64,000 nucleotides of DNA from Patescibacteria group bacterium (GTDB lineage Bacteria > Patescibacteriota > Microgenomatia > UBA12405): NCBI GenBank assembly GCA_038062455.1, contig JBBTXE010000001.1:186371-250370 (forward strand), written 5' to 3'. Shown piece after piece: positions 33,953 through 43,850 of the stretch. Under the pieces are notes generated by a model, which had not been told where the DNA came from, searched no databases, and saw nothing but the letters and a program-made list of their open reading frames with translations. Numbering within the stretch: position 1 is the first letter of the stretch; every line of letters starts with the position of its first letter. Made by a program: the position numbers and the translations under genes.

Positions 33953-34191
33953 ACGACCAAGACATTCTTGCGGAACTCAAAAAACTTAATCAAAAACTGG
34001 ATATTTTCACCCATCCTTTCAAATATGCCCGCCAAAATTTTATTGCCGGTATTTCCCGCTCCCTTGGTTCCCTGTTTGGTACTGTCGTTATCGCTGCTGT
34101 TCTTGTCTATCTTTTTTCTCAACTAAATCTCGGTGAAGTCCTTAATAACTATATAAAAAATCTCATTCCTAGTCGGTTACCCGCTAATTAA
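33949..34191 (+). CDS. Small membrane protein (DUF5665-like)
   Basis: 80 aa; NFIAGISRSLGSLFGTVVIAAVLVYLF; 4-nt overlap with the HIT gene. Confidence 0.45.
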   Translation: MNDQDILAELKKLNQKLDIFTHPFKYARQNFIAGISRSLGSLFGTVVIAAVLVYLFSQLNLGEVLNNYIKNLIPSRLPAN

Positions 34192-34890
34192 AGTTCCAAA
34201 AGAATAATCACCCCGGATTGCTTCGGGTAAATGACATAAATCTTTGATATCAAATACAAATATGGGTATTCCCGATTCCTCGCACATAGTAAAAGCCGTT
34301 TGGTCCATTACCCCTAATCTTTCATGAATTACTGCCCGATAATTTAGTTCCGGATATTTTTTAGCGTCTGGATATTTTTTGGGATCTTTATCATAAACCC
34401 CATCAACCGTACTGGCCTTAAAAATCATCTTACATTCAAGCTCGGCCGCATATTGAGCCACGGCTGAATCGGTTGAGAAAAACGGTATTCCCAATCCCCC
34501 CGCAATAATTACCAGTCGGTTATTAGCCAAATGATACCGGCCCTTAATTAAAATAAAAGGTTCAGCCACTTGGGGAATATTTATCGAAGTCATCAATCGG
34601 GTATTTTCGGCGCCATTTCTAACCAAAGCTTCCCGCAATCCGATTCCATTCATAATTGTTGCCAACATTCCCATTGAATCAGCCTGTGTCCGGTCAACTC
34701 CGACACTGGCCTCCCGGCCCCGAAAAATATTTCCTCCGCCTACCACCATCGCCAATTGGACCTTTGTTTGTTCCCGAATCTCAATTATTTGCCTGGCCAC
34801 CACCTCATATTGTTCAAAATCAATCTGCTTTCCTTCACTTTCAAACAGCTGGCCGCTAAGTTTCAGTATGGCTCTTTCCACTATTCCCAT
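34177..34890 (-). CDS. pyrH: UMP kinase
   Basis: KLSGQ, VVGGGNIFRG, GIPFFSTDSAVA, VDGVYDKDP. Confidence 0.9.
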   Translation of the reverse strand: MGIVERAILKLSGQLFESEGKQIDFEQYEVVARQIIEIREQTKVQLAMVVGGGNIFRGREASVGVDRTQADSMGMLATIMNGIGLREALVRNGAENTRLMTSINIPQVAEPFILIKGRYHLANNRLVIIAGGLGIPFFSTDSAVAQYAAELECKMIFKASTVDGVYDKDPKKYPDAKKYPELNYRAVIHERLGVMDQTAFTMCEESGIPIFVFDIKDLCHLPEAIRGDYSFGTLISG

Positions 34891-34997
34891 TGTTGAAGGA
34901 TTGTATTTTATCGTTCTCGAGTTGTCAATTCTTTGTTTCGCCTTTTCTTCGGTTTTGCTTCTTGACTTATTCCATTTTACCCGCGTATCATTTTTAT

Positions 34998-35840
34998 ATG
35001 AATGATAACCATCTCGCCATTTTTAAAGGTAAAAAAATTAGAAGAGAAATTTATTTAAATGAGTGGTGGTTTTCGGTGGTTGATATTTGTGAGGCTCTAA
35101 CTGAAAGTACAAATGGCGGTGCCTACTGGCGTAAGTTAAAACAAAGGCTAATTTTAGAGAGTAATCAGGTCGTGACATTTTGTCACGGACTGAAATTAAC
35201 TGCCTCAGATGGGAAAAAGTATATAACCGATTGTGCCGATACCGAAGGTGTCTTCCGTATCGTTCAATCTATTCCTTCTCCTAAAGCCGAACCATTCAAA
35301 CGTTGGTTGGCAAAAGTTGGTTATGAAAGAGTGCAGGAAATAGAAAACCCGGAGTTAGCGACCAAACGAACAAGGGCACTTTACAAACTTAAGGGTTACC
35401 CTGAAGATTGGATTGAAAAACGGATGCGGGGTATTGCTATCCGCGAAGAATTGACTGATGAATGGGACCAGCGTGGCGCCAAATTACAAAAAGATTATGA
35501 AATATTAACTGCTGAAATTTCCAAAGCCACTTTTGGCGTCACCCCAAATGAATACAAAAAACTCAAAGGTCTTCAGCGGGAAAATCTCCGTGATCACATG
35601 GATGATTTTGAATTAATCTTTACTATGTTAGGAGAAAGGTCAACTACTGAAATCCACCGTCAGGAAGAATCGAAAGGTGTACCAAAATTAAAACACGATG
35701 CAGCACGGGGAGGCAAAATCGCCGGTCATGCCAGAGCAGAGCTAGAAAAAGAAATTGGCCGATCAGTAGTTTCCAGACAAAACTATCTGCCAAATGGAAA
35801 AACAAAGTTGTCCAAAATTATGAAGAGTTTAAAAAGCTGA
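34998..35840 (+). CDS. Bro-N domain protein (antirepressor/DinD-like)
   Basis: Prefer ATG 34998 (MNDNHLAIFKGKKIRREIYLNEWWFSVVDICEAL = Bro-N pattern). The ORF-track start at 34890 is a TTG abutting pyrH. Confidence 0.6.
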   Translation: MNDNHLAIFKGKKIRREIYLNEWWFSVVDICEALTESTNGGAYWRKLKQRLILESNQVVTFCHGLKLTASDGKKYITDCADTEGVFRIVQSIPSPKAEPFKRWLAKVGYERVQEIENPELATKRTRALYKLKGYPEDWIEKRMRGIAIREELTDEWDQRGAKLQKDYEILTAEISKATFGVTPNEYKKLKGLQRENLRDHMDDFELIFTMLGERSTTEIHRQEESKGVPKLKHDAARGGKIAGHARAELEKEIGRSVVSRQNYLPNGKTKLSKIMKSLKS

Positions 35841-35884
35841 AATAACCTTATTGACTTTGGGTTTTATTCGGGTATATTTTAATT

Positions 35885-36718
35885 ATGAAAAATAAAAAAG
35901 TAAACGTCCGCGGGTTTGAAATAATTATATTCAGAAAAAACCTTAGCGACTATATATCTCTAACTGACATGGCAAAATTTAAAAATACCGATGATCCTCG
36001 ATATGTAATTCAAAACTGGATGAAGACACGATTTACTGTCGATTTCTTGGGAATATGGGAACAAATTTATAATAATAATTTTAACCGTGTCGAATTCGAC
36101 ACCTTTAGACTTGAGGTTGGGACAAATGCTTTTGTAATGACTCCACAAAAATGGATTAGCAAAACAAATGCCATTGGATTAATTTCCAAGGCAGGCCGTT
36201 ACGGCGGTGGTACTTTTGCTCATCAGGACATTGCTTTTGAATTTGCCAGTTGGCTAAGCCCCGAATTTAAACTTTATTTGATTAAGGAATTTCAACGGCT
36301 TAAATTTGAAGAAAATGAAAGGTTGTCTCTCGGTTGGGATGTTAAACGTCAGTTAACTAAAATTAATTATCGGATTCATACCGATGCTATCAAAGAAAAT
36401 TTAATTCCCAATTCATTAACCAAAAAACAAACCAATGTTATCTATGCTTCCGAAGCCGATGTTTTAAATGTTGCCTTGTTTGGTAAAACAGCTAAAGATT
36501 GGCGTGAAGAAAACATAAATAAAGAAGGTAATATTCGCGACTATTGCGATGTCACCCAACTGGTTGTTTTGGCAAATCTTGAGGGAATAAATGCGCAATT
36601 AATTCGGCAAAATTTACTACAGTCAGACAGGTTAAGTCAATTAAACAAAATCGCTATTTCACAAATGAAGTCTTTAGTCAACAATTCATCAATTAAAAAA
36701 CTAGAAAGTAGAAATTAA
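35885..36718 (+). CDS. KilA-N domain protein
   Basis: YISLTDMAKF...GGTFAHQDIAFEFASWLSPEFKLYL matches the KilA-N DNA-binding domain pattern. Confidence 0.7.
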   Translation: MKNKKVNVRGFEIIIFRKNLSDYISLTDMAKFKNTDDPRYVIQNWMKTRFTVDFLGIWEQIYNNNFNRVEFDTFRLEVGTNAFVMTPQKWISKTNAIGLISKAGRYGGGTFAHQDIAFEFASWLSPEFKLYLIKEFQRLKFEENERLSLGWDVKRQLTKINYRIHTDAIKENLIPNSLTKKQTNVIYASEADVLNVALFGKTAKDWREENINKEGNIRDYCDVTQLVVLANLEGINAQLIRQNLLQSDRLSQLNKIAISQMKSLVNNSSIKKLESRN

Positions 36719-36719
36719 A

Positions 36720-36740
36720 TTATCCCTTTCTCCCCGCCCT
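36720..36740. repeat. 21-nt direct repeat, left copy (duplicate of the typA 3' end)
   Basis: ttatccctttctccccgccct is identical to 37914..37934, which is the typA stop codon plus its last 6 codons (RAGRKG*). Confidence 0.85.
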
Positions 36741-36778
36741 CACCCAGTCAATTATTGTAATAAATTTTCACAATTCTA

Positions 36779-36807
36779 TTGACAAACAATTTTACATCAG
36801 CTACCAT
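36779..36807 (+). promoter_or_regulatory. Putative promoter of the TA pair (near-leaderless)
   Basis: TTGACA (36779..36784), 17 nt, TACCAT (36802..36807). The ATG lies only 5 nt downstream at 36813. Confidence 0.4.
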
Positions 36808-36812
36808 AGGTT

Positions 36813-37583
36813 ATGGCTATAACATTTTTCAAACAACTTCGCCTAAAAAACAACTTTAGCCAATCCTTTGTCGCTTCCCACCTTTGTGTTTCCCGACCCA
36901 CCTATATGCAAATAGAAAAAGGGGAACGGGAATTGGTGGTCAGTGAGGCTCGAAAACTAGCTGATCTCTACGGTCTGACTCTTGAGGCTCTACTTGGAGA
37001 ACAGGATATTAAAGTGGGTATAACAGAATTAAAACAATCCAAGAAAATATTAAACCTGCCCCGGGTTTACATTCCTCAAAACAACATCGAAAAATTTAAA
37101 CAAGTGCTACTTTACCTTTTGGGCAAGGTTGGTTCGCGCCCAAATATTGGAGAAACAGCCGTTTATAAAATACTCTATTTTATTGACTTTGACTATTACG
37201 AAAAATACGAAGATCAGTTAATTGGCGCCAAATATATCCGGAATAATTATGGCCCGACTCCGGTTCATTTTAAAAAAGTGGTTGATAAAATGATCAAGAA
37301 TGGTGAGCTGGAAGCTGTATCTAGTAAATATTTTCAATATCCTCAGAAAAAATATTTACCGAAAATATCGGCAGACTTATCTAAATTATCCGGCCAGGAA
37401 ATAGCCCACATTGATGATGTTCTGGCTCGACTATCCGGCAAAAGCGCTAAAGAATTAACTGACTACTCTCATACCGACAATCCTTGGATGACTAAAAAAT
37501 CAGGCGAAATTTTAGATTACGAATCAGTTTTTTATCGGGACGCCCTCCATTCGGTACGGGACAACAGCCATGATCAACTATGA
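36813..37583 (+). CDS. XRE-HTH + Panacea (DUF4065/SocA-like) domain antitoxin
   Basis: N-terminal HTH (LRLKNNFSQSFVASHLCVSRPTYMQIEKGERE). C-terminal ETAVYKILYFIDFDYYEKYEDQLIGAKYIRNNYGPTP matches the DUF4065/PanA pattern. Confidence 0.7.
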   Translation: MAITFFKQLRLKNNFSQSFVASHLCVSRPTYMQIEKGERELVVSEARKLADLYGLTLEALLGEQDIKVGITELKQSKKILNLPRVYIPQNNIEKFKQVLLYLLGKVGSRPNIGETAVYKILYFIDFDYYEKYEDQLIGAKYIRNNYGPTPVHFKKVVDKMIKNGELEAVSSKYFQYPQKKYLPKISADLSKLSGQEIAHIDDVLARLSGKSAKELTDYSHTDNPWMTKKSGEILDYESVFYRDALHSVRDNSHDQL

Positions 37584-37911
37584 AAGACTATCCGCTTTCG
37601 ACAAAGAATATAAAAAACTTTCCAAAAAGTTTCGCTCACTTGACTCCGATTTAACAGTCTTTAAAGAAGCACTGGAAATTTTTCCTTGTGGTCAAAGCAA
37701 TAATAGTGAAATAGTAAACGACTCCGGTAATGTGAAAATTATTAAATCAAGATTGTTTTGTCGATATTTACGTGGCTCAACCCTAAGAATTGTTTATGCC
37801 TTCCATAAGAGTGAAAATATGATTTGTTTTATCGAAATTTATTTTAAGGGTCAAAGGGAAAATGAAGATCGAAACAGAATAAAATCCTATTTAAGCGAGT
37901 TAAAAATATAA
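37570..37911 (+). CDS. RelE/ParE-superfamily-like toxin
   Basis: 113 aa; 14-nt overlap with the antitoxin. FDKEYKKLSKKF N-terminus and LRIVYAFHKSENMICFIEIYFKGQRENED C-terminus resemble RelE/ParE-type toxins. Confidence 0.5.
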   Translation: MINYERLSAFDKEYKKLSKKFRSLDSDLTVFKEALEIFPCGQSNNSEIVNDSGNVKIIKSRLFCRYLRGSTLRIVYAFHKSENMICFIEIYFKGQRENEDRNRIKSYLSELKI

Positions 37912-37913
37912 CC

Positions 37914-39746
37914 TTATCCCTTTCTCCCCGCCCTGGTTCTGTCGACTCTGGTTAGATATTTTTTTCGTAGCCGCACCGTTTTGGTAGTGACGTCGATGAG
38001 TTCGTCGCTTTCGATAAAATCCAGAGCTTCTTCGATACTATATTTCACTGCCGGGGCCAGAATTATGGCATCATCATTGCCGGATGAGCGCATGTTGGTT
38101 AATTGTTTCCCCTTGCAGACGTTAATTTCCAGGTCGCCGATCACCGGCCGCAGTCCCACCACTTGTCCCTCATAGACTCCTTCCGTCGGCTCGACAAAGG
38201 TAATCCCTCTTTTTTGGGCAATATCCAGACCAAAAGACAGGGCTTTGCCGCTTTTATCGGCAATTAGTACTCCGTTTCGCTCCCGTTTTAAATCAACACC
38301 TTTCGGCTCGTAACCAAGCGACAAAAAGGTTATGGCGACCGAACCCCGGGTATCAGTCATTAGTTTGCTTCGTAGCCCCAGCGCATTTCTCTCCGAAATC
38401 CGGTAGATGGCTTTGGTGCCCATTTTTTCATCACTGACCATATCCAACATTTGGGCTTTTCTTTTACCCATTTCGGTAGTCACTACCCCGACAAAGTTGT
38501 CCGGGGCGATTATAGTTACTTCAGAAAATGGCTCCATGGTTTTTCCCTCCACGGTTTTATAAATCACTTCCGGTTTACCCACTTCCATGGCGTAACCCTC
38601 GCGCCGTAATTTTTCAATTAAAATGGCCAAATGCAATTCACCCCGGCCGGCCACAATCATTCTGATACTGTCGGTTTTATCATCCTCGACTTTCATTCCC
38701 AAATTGGTTTCTACTTCTTCCAGCAATCTTTCCTTAAGCTCGCGGCTGGTTAAAAATTTCGCCTCATCGCGGGCAAAAACGGAGGTATTGGGACCAAAAC
38801 TGGCCTTAATCGTCGGCTCACTTATTTCAATGGAGCTAATCGCTACCTGATAATGGGGATCAGTGATAGTCTCACCGATTTTTATGTCCGGTATTCCCGC
38901 TAAATAAACTATTTCCCCGCTTTCGGCCTCCGCCGCCTCTACTTTTTTTATTCCTTCATTAACATACATCTTTTCAATCCGGTAATTGCCTACCAATTTT
39001 TGATCCGGTTTTATTAAAGACACAAAATCACCCTTGCGTACTTTTCCCTGCGAAATCCGGCCCAAAGCGAGGTTCCCCAAATACTCATTTTTATCAAAAG
39101 CCGAAATCTGCATTTGCAGCGGTTTATCTGATTTGACTCTAGCCGAAGGAATATATTTTAGGATAGTTTCAAAGAGGGGAGTGGTATCGCCTTTTTCTTC
39201 CATATTTTCCGGCATTTTGTCAAAAGTTTTGCCGTCGCGGCCAAAAGCATAAATAATGGGAAAATCGAGCAAATCATCATCGGCAACAACTGTTAAAAAT
39301 AAGTTTTCCGTATCCCGGATAACATCGGCCACCCTTGCATCCTTTCGGTCAATTTTGTTAATCACCAAGATTATTTTTAGCCCAAATTCCAGCGCCTTTT
39401 TTAAGACAAATTTAGTTTGGGACAAGGGTCCCTCGGCCGCGTCAACTATAAGAAGCGCGCCGTCGGCCATATTTAGCACTCTCTCCACCTCACCGCCAAA
39501 ATCAGCGTGTCCCGGAGTGTCAATAATGTTGATCTTTACCCCTTTATAGAACACCGAGGTATTTTTGGATAATATGGTAATTCCCTTTTCCCGTTCCAGA
39601 TCATTGCTGTCCATAATCCGCTCCTGTTGCATTTCCATTTCGTTTTCACGGAAAGTTTTGGTCTGTTTCAGCATCGCATCCACCAAAGTAGTTTTGCCAT
39701 GATCGACGTGGGCAATTACCGCAATATTTCTGATATCAAAATTCAT
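37914..39746 (-). CDS. typA: Translational GTPase TypA/BipA
   Basis: AHVDHGKTTLVD, DTPGHADF, NKID; EF-G-like domains; 610 aa. Confidence 0.9.
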   Translation of the reverse strand: MNFDIRNIAVIAHVDHGKTTLVDAMLKQTKTFRENEMEMQQERIMDSNDLEREKGITILSKNTSVFYKGVKINIIDTPGHADFGGEVERVLNMADGALLIVDAAEGPLSQTKFVLKKALEFGLKIILVINKIDRKDARVADVIRDTENLFLTVVADDDLLDFPIIYAFGRDGKTFDKMPENMEEKGDTTPLFETILKYIPSARVKSDKPLQMQISAFDKNEYLGNLALGRISQGKVRKGDFVSLIKPDQKLVGNYRIEKMYVNEGIKKVEAAEAESGEIVYLAGIPDIKIGETITDPHYQVAISSIEISEPTIKASFGPNTSVFARDEAKFLTSRELKERLLEEVETNLGMKVEDDKTDSIRMIVAGRGELHLAILIEKLRREGYAMEVGKPEVIYKTVEGKTMEPFSEVTIIAPDNFVGVVTTEMGKRKAQMLDMVSDEKMGTKAIYRISERNALGLRSKLMTDTRGSVAITFLSLGYEPKGVDLKRERNGVLIADKSGKALSFGLDIAQKRGITFVEPTEGVYEGQVVGLRPVIGDLEINVCKGKQLTNMRSSGNDDAIILAPAVKYSIEEALDFIESDELIDVTTKTVRLRKKYLTRVDRTRAGRKG

Positions 39747-39792
39747 GAGCTTAATTCTAGCACGTTAGCGCTTTTTATGATTAAATAAGACG

Positions 39793-40497
39793 ATGACATC
39801 TGGCAAAACTATTATAACCCCACTACTTTGTTTATTCCTCCTTTCCGCTTGTGGCTTGAAAGAAAAAGTCAAAAACAAAACTGATGATATTTCCCGTCAG
39901 CCCACCACCATCAAATCCGACGGGTTGCCCGACAAACACCTGATATCTACGACTTTTGTCCCCCAGGCTCCGGAAAAAAACTGGTCCCAGCCCTGGCAGG
40001 ACGCCTGCGAAGAAGCCGCCATCCTGACGGTCCACTATTATTTAGAAAACAAAACTCCCGACCTGGCCACCATGATAAAGGATTATGAGGAACTGTTGGC
40101 TGAATCTACTACTCGCGATATTAATCTTGAAGATATGGGTAAAATTGCTAAAGATTTATATGGTTATCAACCTCAAATTATTGAAAATCCGACCATCGAA
40201 GACATTAAAACCTTTATTGCCGTTGATACTCCGGTAATTATTCCCGCCAATGGCAAAACCCTCTTTAGTGAAAACAAACATTTCAAAAACGGCGGCCCCT
40301 GGTACCATAACCTCGTTATTTTAGGCTACGACGACGACAAAAAACAGTTTACCGTCCACGACGTCGGCACTCAATTTGGTGCCTACTTCCGCTATTCCTA
40401 CGCTACTCTAATGGACAGCATTCATGATTTCCCCGACTCAAAAGTTAAGGAAGAAATCAACGACGGCCAAAAAATAATCTTGGTTTTGCTAAAATAG
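39793..40497 (+). CDS. Lipoprotein, C39-like peptidase fold
   Basis: Lipobox LLSAC; VPQAPEKNWSQPWQDACEEAAILTV pattern of the peptidase_C39_2-like family. Confidence 0.5.
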   Translation: MTSGKTIITPLLCLFLLSACGLKEKVKNKTDDISRQPTTIKSDGLPDKHLISTTFVPQAPEKNWSQPWQDACEEAAILTVHYYLENKTPDLATMIKDYEELLAESTTRDINLEDMGKIAKDLYGYQPQIIENPTIEDIKTFIAVDTPVIIPANGKTLFSENKHFKNGGPWYHNLVILGYDDDKKQFTVHDVGTQFGAYFRYSYATLMDSIHDFPDSKVKEEINDGQKIILVLLK

Positions 40498-40503
40498 ACT
40501 ACT

Positions 40504-41082
40504 ATGAAAACATTTATCCTCCTCCTGGCCGCCCTTATTTTGTCTGCCTGCGGCAAGAAAGAAAATTCAAATATTCTTCCTCCTGCTCCCACCTCAATTC
40601 CCTTATTATCAGTTACCAAAACTCTTTCTAAAACTATGACTAATACTTCAGAACCCATGGTCGCGCTTAATACTACCAACGGCCAAATTGTATTAAAGCT
40701 TTATACCGATTCAGCCCCCAAAACTGTGGCTAACTTTCTTGCCAAAGTTAATGCCGGCTTTTACAATGGTCTTATTTTCCATCGGGTCATCGCCGGCTTT
40801 ATGGCCCAAGGCGGCGATCCATTGGGTACCGGCACCGGCGGCGGTACTCAGGTCTCGGAAATCAATACCCGGCCCTTTGTCCGGGGAACCATTGGTCTGG
40901 CCCGCGGCAGCGACAAAGCTTTTAGTAACGACTCTCAATTTTTTATCTGTTTTACCACTGACGGTTGTCAGCATTTAACCTCTGATTACGTCAATTTCGG
41001 TGAAGTTGTTTCCGGCCTCGACGTTCTTGATCAAATTGTTCAGGGAGACAAAATTATTAACCTCACCACCACCACTAAATGA
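40504..41082 (+). CDS. Cyclophilin-type peptidyl-prolyl isomerase (lipoprotein)
   Basis: Lipobox ILSAC; FHRVIAGFMAQGGDPLGTGTGG; SQFFI. Confidence 0.85.
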   Translation: MKTFILLLAALILSACGKKENSNILPPAPTSIPLLSVTKTLSKTMTNTSEPMVALNTTNGQIVLKLYTDSAPKTVANFLAKVNAGFYNGLIFHRVIAGFMAQGGDPLGTGTGGGTQVSEINTRPFVRGTIGLARGSDKAFSNDSQFFICFTTDGCQHLTSDYVNFGEVVSGLDVLDQIVQGDKIINLTTTTK

Positions 41083-41444
41083 GAAAAGTCATCATTGCCT
41101 TTATAATTCTGTTTTTGGCTTATATCGGTTTTCAGATTTTTAAACCGGAAATGGCTTCCATACCCGACTCTGAAGCCGATTTAATTCTTTATTGGGGTCA
41201 GGGTTGTCCTCACTGTGAAACTGTCAAAAAATACATAGAGGATTTTAATCTCGATTCTAAATTTAAAATTTCCCAAAAAAAAGTTTATTACAACAAGGCC
41301 AATCAAAAACAACTTGAAAACACCGTCAAACTCTGTCCGAAAGTGGATACTTCACCGGGTATCGGCGTTCCCCTGGCCTTTGATGTCAAAAATAAACTCT
41401 GTCTTTTGGGTGACGAATCAATAATCGAATGGCTAAAAAAGTAA
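41079..41444 (+). CDS. Membrane-anchored thioredoxin/glutaredoxin-like protein
   Basis: N-terminal TM; WGQGCPHCETVKKY (CxxC). Confidence 0.6.
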   Translation: MRKVIIAFIILFLAYIGFQIFKPEMASIPDSEADLILYWGQGCPHCETVKKYIEDFNLDSKFKISQKKVYYNKANQKQLENTVKLCPKVDTSPGIGVPLAFDVKNKLCLLGDESIIEWLKK

Positions 41445-41755
41445 CCCATTTTACCGCCGCATCTCTAGTTCGCCTTTTGGTTTTTGGTGTTGTTGTTTAT
41501 CTTTCACTTCTTTATATCAACTCGTCTCTTAGTACTAAAAAACCCAGCTCCGACATTTCCCCTGATCTGCCCCCGATTGTCAACTCCATTGTCGACTCTA
41601 TTGCCAGCTCTTCCGCCTTTAAAGAGCTAAGTGGAAAAATTTCTCCCACCATCGAGGAAATTAAAAAATTACCTCAAAAAGAATACGAAAAATTTAAAAA
41701 CCAACTCATCGATGAACTTCTCAAACGTTTAGAAACCACTCTTCGCTCCAAATGA
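41429..41755 (+). CDS. Hypothetical membrane-anchored protein
   Basis: 108 aa, one TM; overlaps both neighbours. Confidence 0.4.
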   Translation: MAKKVTHFTAASLVRLLVFGVVVYLSLLYINSSLSTKKPSSDISPDLPPIVNSIVDSIASSSAFKELSGKISPTIEEIKKLPQKEYEKFKNQLIDELLKRLETTLRSK

Positions 41756-42828
41756 CACCCCTGAATCTCCAAAAACGACTAACCGAAATTCAGACCAAAC
41801 TAAATTTTACTGAATATCAAAATAAAATCGTCGAATTAAAGGCCAAATCAGTTGACCCTGCTCTTTGGCAGGAACCGCAACGGGCCGGCGGGATTATGCA
41901 GGAGCTCTCCTCTCTTGAAAAAACGGTTAAAAACTTTGCCGATCTCAAAAACGAAATCGATACCTTAATTGAATTCGCCGCTCTCGAAGATCAAGGCAGT
42001 GACAATACTTATGCCAAAGATCTGGAATCCCAGATTAAAAAAACTGATAGTAAGCTTGCCGAACTTGAAATAACCACCTATTTGTCGGGTAAATATGACC
42101 ACAACTTTGCCATCTTTTCCATTCACTCCGGTCAGGGTGGTACCGAGGCTATGGATTGGGCCTCCATGCTTCAGCGGATGTATCTTCGCTACTTTGATAA
42201 AAAGGGTTGGCCCTATCAGGTTCTGGATTTGATTATGGGCGACGAAGCTGGTGTCAAAACTGTCTCTCTAAAAATCTCCGAGCCCTTTGCTTATGGCTAT
42301 CTTCGGGGGGAAGCCGGAGTTCACCGTTTAGTTCGTCTTTCTCCTTTCAATGCCGACCAGCTTCGTCAAACTTCCTTTGCCAAAGTCGAAGTTTCGCCGG
42401 TGGTTGACGCTCAAACTGTCACCAATATCCGTCCCGAGGACATTGAATTTAGCGCCTTTAGAGCCGGCGGTCATGGTGGTCAAAATGTCAACAAAGTCAG
42501 CACTGCTGTTCGGATCACCCATAAACCCACCGGTATCGCGGTTAGCTGTCAAAGTCAGCGCTCCCAGGAACAAAACCGGCTCCAGGCCCAGGAAATTTTG
42601 GCCTCCAAACTTTGGGCCCTTGAGGAAGAAAAAAGGCGCTCCGAACAAAAAGATATCAAAGGTGAAAATGTCATTGCCGGCTGGGGCCGCCAAATCCGCT
42701 CCTACGTTCTCCATCCCTATAAAATGGTCAAAGATCTTCGCACCCGCTACGAAAGTTCCGATACTGTCGGCGTTTTAGACGGCGATCTTGATCCCTTTAT
42801 TGAAGCCGAGCTTCGGCAACTCAAATGA
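41752..42828 (+). CDS. prfB: Peptide chain release factor 2 (single ORF, no frameshift)
   Basis: SPF tripeptide (RLSPFNA), GGQ ([11 protein letters not shown]); continuous 358-aa ORF. Confidence 0.9.
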   Translation: MTPLNLQKRLTEIQTKLNFTEYQNKIVELKAKSVDPALWQEPQRAGGIMQELSSLEKTVKNFADLKNEIDTLIEFAALEDQGSDNTYAKDLESQIKKTDSKLAELEITTYLSGKYDHNFAIFSIHSGQGGTEAMDWASMLQRMYLRYFDKKGWPYQVLDLIMGDEAGVKTVSLKISEPFAYGYLRGEAGVHRLVRLSPFNADQLRQTSFAKVEVSPVVDAQTVTNIRPEDIEFSAFRAGGHGGQNVNKVSTAVRITHKPTGIAVSCQSQRSQEQNRLQAQEILASKLWALEEEKRRSEQKDIKGENVIAGWGRQIRSYVLHPYKMVKDLRTRYESSDTVGVLDGDLDPFIEAELRQLK

Positions 42829-43766
42829 AAAAACTCTATTTAATACTATTTTCTTTTTTCATAATATTTTTTTCTATTGGCTTTATTATTTATCGAAGTA
42901 TCTCCGGATTACCTTCACCTCCTCAAAATTTTTTAATTCTCGGTCTTGATCCCCGGAATGATTTGTTGGAAAAAACCGAAACTACCGACACCATTATTTT
43001 TGCCCATCTCAACCTCAGCCAAAATAAAATCAGTCTTATCTCTTTTCCCCGCGACCTCTGGTATTACCCCTTGTCTGTAAAAATAAATCAAATCTTTCCC
43101 CTCTCTTTAAGCACCGATTCCTCATTTAATTTTGTCAAAACAAACTTTAACCATCTATTGGGCCAAAATATCGATCGAGTTTTGGTTCTAACCACCCAAG
43201 ATTTAGAGCACATTATTAATCTTTTGGGTGGTGTTGATGTTTACTTGGATACTGGATTTATTGACAAAGAATATCCCAACCCGGAATATATTAAAAATCC
43301 TACCTCAAAAACTCCGGTCTATATTACTATCGAATTCCCTGCTGGCTGGAATAAAATCACCGCCACCAATGTTGCCCAATTTGTCAGGTCTCGAAAAAGC
43401 GCCCAGACTGCTGCTGATGGCGGCACCGATTTAGGCCGCATTCAGCGTCAACAACTATTACTCCAAAACATCTTTCAAAAGATGTTAACCCTCAGAACTC
43501 AACCACAGACTCTTCTCAAATTATTCCGATATTATCAGCAAGATATTAATACCGATGTCAATAAAACCGATTTGGTGCTCACGGGCGCCAAGCTTTTACC
43601 GCATCTAAAGTCCCTAAAACTTGAAAAGATTGAACTTCCTGTTGGCAACAATCCCCGGACCGATCTTATTTATGATCCTGAAAAGCTAGTTAATGGTCAA
43701 TGGGCCTTCCTCCCCCAGGATCCCGAATATCTTAAGCTTCAGGAGTATCTTAAAAACGTTTTATAG
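42825..43766 (+). CDS. LytR-CpsA-Psr (LCP) family protein
   Basis: N-terminal TM; ILGLDPRND...[10 protein letters not shown]...SFPRD. Confidence 0.8.
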   Translation: MKKLYLILFSFFIIFFSIGFIIYRSISGLPSPPQNFLILGLDPRNDLLEKTETTDTIIFAHLNLSQNKISLISFPRDLWYYPLSVKINQIFPLSLSTDSSFNFVKTNFNHLLGQNIDRVLVLTTQDLEHIINLLGGVDVYLDTGFIDKEYPNPEYIKNPTSKTPVYITIEFPAGWNKITATNVAQFVRSRKSAQTAADGGTDLGRIQRQQLLLQNIFQKMLTLRTQPQTLLKLFRYYQQDINTDVNKTDLVLTGAKLLPHLKSLKLEKIELPVGNNPRTDLIYDPEKLVNGQWAFLPQDPEYLKLQEYLKNVL

Positions 43767-43850
43767 TACTAAAACCCCGCCGAAAATAAGCCTATAGTTT
43801 TGACTTTCAATTGATATTGTTGTATTTTAGCGTTGATATTATTATTCTAT

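Noticed and set aside
41752-42828. Looked for the programmed +1 frameshift (CUU UGA C) usual in prfB, and for UGA recoding (code 25/4).
   Set aside because: RF2 is encoded as one continuous ORF. Many well-supported genes end in TGA (rlmN, ssb, argS and several genes of the GT cluster), so the standard code applies.
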